Shown here one piece after another: positions 60,468 to 64,000 of a DNA stretch of 64,000 nucleotides (position 1 is the first letter of the stretch; each line of letters starts with the position of its first letter). Below the pieces are notes generated by a model that saw only the letters and a program-made list of their open reading frames with translations, did not search any database and had not been told where the DNA came from. The stretch comes from Myxococcota bacterium (GTDB taxonomy: Bacteria > Myxococcota_A > SURF-8): contig OZ223209.1 in assembly GCA_965140415.1 (NCBI GenBank), positions 1,280,001-1,344,000 on the forward strand. Reading direction: 5' to 3'. Position numbers and translations under genes: made by a program.

Positions 60468-61031
60468 TCAAATATCAGAAATCCATAGTTTTAAGTCTTT
60501 AAGAGGAGGTAGTTTCACAGGAATAGTTTCTACGCAATAGGGTAAAGGAGGGGAAATTTCTGTAACTTTGTCAATAGGGTGATCTAACAAATTACGATCT
60601 TTAGTGATCATGATAGCCAATTTTAAGTATCGTCGTAACAATAATATGGGCGGAAATTCTTTTCTTTTGTTTGCATACCAAACAATTAAATCAGAAGAAC
60701 CTTTTGAGCTATTACAATGCTTACAAGCAAATACCATATTGTCAGCACTATCAGGTCCCCCATTATGTTTCGGAATCAGGTGGTCGATCGAAATGTTCTC
60801 TTTTGATCCGCAATAACAGCAGGTGCCTGGCGATATGTATTTTAGTTGTTCATCTTTCAATACTGACGAAATAGACATATTTCCTTCGCTAAGCCCCTTG
60901 AAAAGCTTCGCACGGATCATGTGGTGAGTTTTACTAAAAGATTTTGCACTTTCTTTCAATGCAGCATCCGCACGACCCATATTTGCGTATGCCCAGTAAA
61001 GACGAGAACCAATGGTCTTGAATTCTTTCAT
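60468..61031 (-). CDS. AT-rich HNH endonuclease
   Basis: CCYCG...IDHLIPKHNGGPDSADNMVFACKHCNSSK; GGGGGAG RBS before ATG 61031 (the longer ORF-track start overlaps the neighbouring gene). Confidence 0.85.
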   Translation of the reverse strand: MKEFKTIGSRLYWAYANMGRADAALKESAKSFSKTHHMIRAKLFKGLSEGNMSISSVLKDEQLKYISPGTCCYCGSKENISIDHLIPKHNGGPDSADNMVFACKHCNSSKGSSDLIVWYANKRKEFPPILLLRRYLKLAIMITKDRNLLDHPIDKVTEISPPLPYCVETIPVKLPPLKDLKLWISDI

Positions 61032-61057
61032 CTCCCCCTGTCTTCTTATGCTTTTTT

Positions 61058-62065
61058 CTAGAACGTAAACCGTGTGTCGAGCGTCATACCCCATTGTTCG
61101 CGGCGGTCGCGTTGTGTCACGGCCACGAAGAAGCCCAGTCCACCCTCGTAGAAACCTACGTTCCAGTGGTAGCCGCCGCCGATATTCAACAGGTGATTGG
61201 CGTAATACCGGAGATCGACCTGGTCTTTTAGCGAGGTGATACCGGCCTGATTGCGCAGGATCTGGCGGATGTCCTCTTTGCGCTGAGAATCCATGGTGTG
61301 GAAATAGTAGGTGTCTTCGATCTGGATGCCCAGGAAATGCACTCCGACGATGCGGAACAGCAGGTTCAGGCGTGCATACGCGCCGTGCACCAGCTTGCGG
61401 TCTTCTTTGACATCCTCGCCTGCGGCGGTGGTGTCTGAGCCGATGGCCTGTGGGTCTACTACGTTGAACAAGTAGGCGGCATCCAGTTCCATACCGAACC
61501 ATTGTGCTAGATTGAAGTAAAACTGCAAACCGGGGTTCAACTCGTATACCTGGCCTTCGCGGTAGCTCTTGGAAAGCGGAATCTCGAAGTCGATGGCGAA
61601 GGAACCCCAGAACATGTCGGTGTTTAGGAAACGGTATTTGGGAGTCAGACCGATGGTGACCTGGGTCGCCTGGAAGTTGCTGCTTTCAACGGCTTCGCCG
61701 CCGCAGATCGTGCTGTCGTAGCTGTCCTGAACGACGGTGGTGCCATCGCTACAGCGATATGTCACGACTTTTTGCCGGGTGCTGCTTAAATTGGTCTTCA
61801 ATTCGAAGGAAAACGAGTCTTCCATGGCCAATTCCAACGAAAAAATCCCACCGAATGTCGGTTTGGCGATGTTTTCCACTTCGCCGTATTCATTGAACAG
61901 GCTGAAGCGGACCGCATTTTCTACGCGGGCATTGGGAGCCGAGCCGAAAGGCGGGGCATACATGGAGTTAAAGGTCTGTTTTTCCTTGGCCTGTGCCGGA
62001 AACGAGAGCAACAGTAGGACGCAGGCGCATAGCAGCGAAACGCTAGCCAAAGGCTTTCTGACCAT
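61058..62065 (-). CDS. Putative outer-membrane beta-barrel protein
   Basis: Signal peptide (AQA); alternating hydrophobic beta strands; C-terminal TLDTRFTF. Confidence 0.65.
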   Translation of the reverse strand: MVRKPLASVSLLCACVLLLLSFPAQAKEKQTFNSMYAPPFGSAPNARVENAVRFSLFNEYGEVENIAKPTFGGIFSLELAMEDSFSFELKTNLSSTRQKVVTYRCSDGTTVVQDSYDSTICGGEAVESSNFQATQVTIGLTPKYRFLNTDMFWGSFAIDFEIPLSKSYREGQVYELNPGLQFYFNLAQWFGMELDAAYLFNVVDPQAIGSDTTAAGEDVKEDRKLVHGAYARLNLLFRIVGVHFLGIQIEDTYYFHTMDSQRKEDIRQILRNQAGITSLKDQVDLRYYANHLLNIGGGYHWNVGFYEGGLGFFVAVTQRDRREQWGMTLDTRFTF

Positions 62066-62208
62066 CTTCGATCTCCCATCACTGAGGTCTTTTACAGAGG
62101 GTTGCAACATCATTGCATGTGAGCCCACTACCTATCCCATTTCCCTGTTAGTGTCAAGATTTTTCTTGAATGACGGGTAGTTACCGCATGTTGGGGCCGA
62201 CAAAAAGC

Positions 62209-62238
62209 TTGACAGTGGAGCCTTATTAGTGCTATGAA
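62209..62238 (+). promoter_or_regulatory. Possible sigma70 promoter for the TIGR04551-like gene
   Basis: TTGACA-18 bp-TG-extended TATGAA. Confidence 0.35.
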
Positions 62239-62314
62239 TCCGACCTGAATCCATAGCCGCGTTGAAGACGATCAACCCGGTGCATGCACAATCACCGGTC
62301 ATAGGGAGGCCTAG

Positions 62315-64000
62315 ATGAAAGGGTGTTTCACGTGGTGCGTCACGGTTTTTGCGATGTTGCTGCTGGCTGCTCCGTTGTGGGCGCAAACGCAGGCGGATCA
62401 AACCGAACCGTCGCCGACGGCTGAAAGTCCGGCAACTGCACAACAGGATGCTCAACCTGTTGAAACTACGCAAGAAACTTCACCTACTGCCGAAGCTCCG
62501 GCAGTAACTGAGACTCCGGCTGAAACTCCGGCTGCTGCTGAGCCCCCGGCTGAAACGCCAGCCGTTACGGAGAAGCCGGTTACGGCACCGCCTCCCGCGC
62601 CAGTGCCTCCGCCTCAGCCCGAACCCGAAGTCAAAGCGGAAGAAATCGGTGAACTGGAAAGCATCGACAGTTTGGAAGAACTGGAAGAGCTGGAGCAACT
62701 TGAAAAGCTGGACGAGGCCGAACTGGCGGAAAAAGAGCAGCTTAAGTTCTTTGAATTAAACGGCTATTATCGTTTGCGAGCCGACCTGTTCCACAACCTG
62801 GACATCGGTGTATTCAACGATCTGCGTCCCCTGGGCGACATCGACACCCTTAACAGCAGCAAAGACAAGCGCAAGGACAACACCATCGGCACCGCCAACA
62901 TGCGTCTGCGCTTGAGCCCGACTTTGAATGTCAGCGAAGACATCAAAATCATGATGGATATCGACATTCTGGACAATGTCGTACTCGGTTCCACCCCCGA
63001 CACCTACCTGCGTGGCGGTCCTGGTGCGATGGCTCCCGGCATCAGCGGCTTTTCCTCCTCGCAGGTCGTGCCGCGCGCGGGTGCAAACTCCGATGTGGAT
63101 TCCATTCAGGTGCGGCGCGTCTGGGCTGAAGTGCGTACGCCTTTCGGTCTGTTGAAATTCGGTCGTATGCCCTCGCATTGGGGTACCGGAATGTTCATCA
63201 ACGACGGCAACAGCATCGACAGCGACTACGGCGACACGGTGGACCGCATTCTCTTCGGCACCAAGTTGTTCGAGCATGTGCTCTTTGCCGGAATGGACTT
63301 CGTGAACGAAGGCGTCACCAACGACACCACCTTCGAGTACGGCGGCCAGGACGTAGACGCCACCCAGTTGGACGATGTGCAGCAGGTGGTTTTCGGTTTC
63401 GCACGCAAGCACAGCGATGCCGAAGCACAGGAGATGATCGAGAACATGGACGTGGTTATCGATTACGGCTTTTACAACGTCGTGCGCTGGCAGTCTTATG
63501 CGCTGGAGCAGTCGACGATCGGCAGCAGCGAAATTCCCTACGGCTACACGGCGGCGGGCGATTTCGAGTCGCGCATCAACAAACTGCGTCCCAACCTGAT
63601 CGAGCGCAACCTGCGCATGTGGATCGGCGATCTGTGGTTCAAACTGCTTTACGAAAACTTCCACCTGGAAGCGGAAGGCATTTGGATCATCGGTTCGATC
63701 GGCGATGCCGCTAAAGATGCTGCCGAGCAGATTTCCATGCGCGGCAAAGGTCTGAGCGACAACTCGCTGGATATCAACCAGTGGGGTTACGTGCTCAAAC
63801 TGGATTACACCTTCATGGACGACACGCTGTTCATCGGCCTGGAGCATGGTATCGCCAGTGGCGATCCGGCCCCTGGTTTCGGTGTGTATCCTTACGAAGA
63901 GAAGCAGTTCAGCGACGAAGCCTACCGCCGCACGGCGAATGGCCCGTTGAAGGAAGACCGCGCCGTTACCAACCTGCGCTTCGACCCGGACTATCACATC
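62315..64000 (+). CDS. TIGR04551-like outer-membrane beta-barrel protein (partial, runs off the window; absent from the ORF track)
   Basis: Manual translation from ATG 62315 (GGGAGG RBS): signal peptide, Pro/Ala/Glu linker, LNGYYRLRADLFHNLD, ANMRLRLSPTLNVSE, DILDNVVLGSTP, VRRVWAEVRTPFG.LKFGRMPSHWG. Confidence 0.75.
   Translation, partial: MKGCFTWCVTVFAMLLLAAPLWAQTQADQTEPSPTAESPATAQQDAQPVETTQETSPTAEAPAVTETPAETPAAAEPPAETPAVTEKPVTAPPPAPVPPPQPEPEVKAEEIGELESIDSLEELEELEQLEKLDEAELAEKEQLKFFELNGYYRLRADLFHNLDIGVFNDLRPLGDIDTLNSSKDKRKDNTIGTANMRLRLSPTLNVSEDIKIMMDIDILDNVVLGSTPDTYLRGGPGAMAPGISGFSSSQVVPRAGANSDVDSIQVRRVWAEVRTPFGLLKFGRMPSHWGTGMFINDGNSIDSDYGDTVDRILFGTKLFEHVLFAGMDFVNEGVTNDTTFEYGGQDVDATQLDDVQQVVFGFARKHSDAEAQEMIENMDVVIDYGFYNVVRWQSYALEQSTIGSSEIPYGYTAAGDFESRINKLRPNLIERNLRMWIGDLWFKLLYENFHLEAEGIWIIGSIGDAAKDAAEQISMRGKGLSDNSLDINQWGYVLKLDYTFMDDTLFIGLEHGIASGDPAPGFGVYPYEEKQFSDEAYRRTANGPLKEDRAVTNLRFDPDYHI

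Noticed and set aside
61032-61502. N-terminal extension of the HNH ORF in the track
   Set aside because: Overlaps the beta-barrel gene in another frame; an RBS and the composition shift support ATG 61031
62756-63997. 413-aa minus-strand ORF
   Set aside because: The real gene is the plus-strand ORF from 62315 that runs off the window

Overview
64-kb window from a GC-rich bacterium with Myxococcota-like hallmarks: MYXO-CTERM-type C-terminal sorting tails, Cys-rich lipoproteins, DUF4215-like repeats and a TIGR04551-like outer-membrane barrel. It carries a compact dissimilatory sulfur cluster (dsrT-dsrMKJOP, aprBA, two small Cys-motif genes, then qmoAB followed by a soluble hdrD-like gene in place of qmoC) ending at tRNA-Pro(TGG). 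sat, dsrAB and dsrC are not in the window. Around the cluster lie many secreted or surface proteins: a papain-like protease, a zincin, a caspase-like protein, a 2410-aa Cys-repeat protein and a Gly-rich lipoprotein. Seven of these secreted proteins share Asp-Gly-Asp (DGD) linkers. The best candidate for an undescribed system is a two-gene lipoprotein operon (29688-38423). Its first product ends in a Tc-toxin A-subunit-like channel and C-terminal domain, yet it is lipid-anchored and has no tcB/tcC in the window. Four AT-rich islets and three GTAG-type REP elements are also present. All family calls are by-eye motif recognition; no database searches were run.
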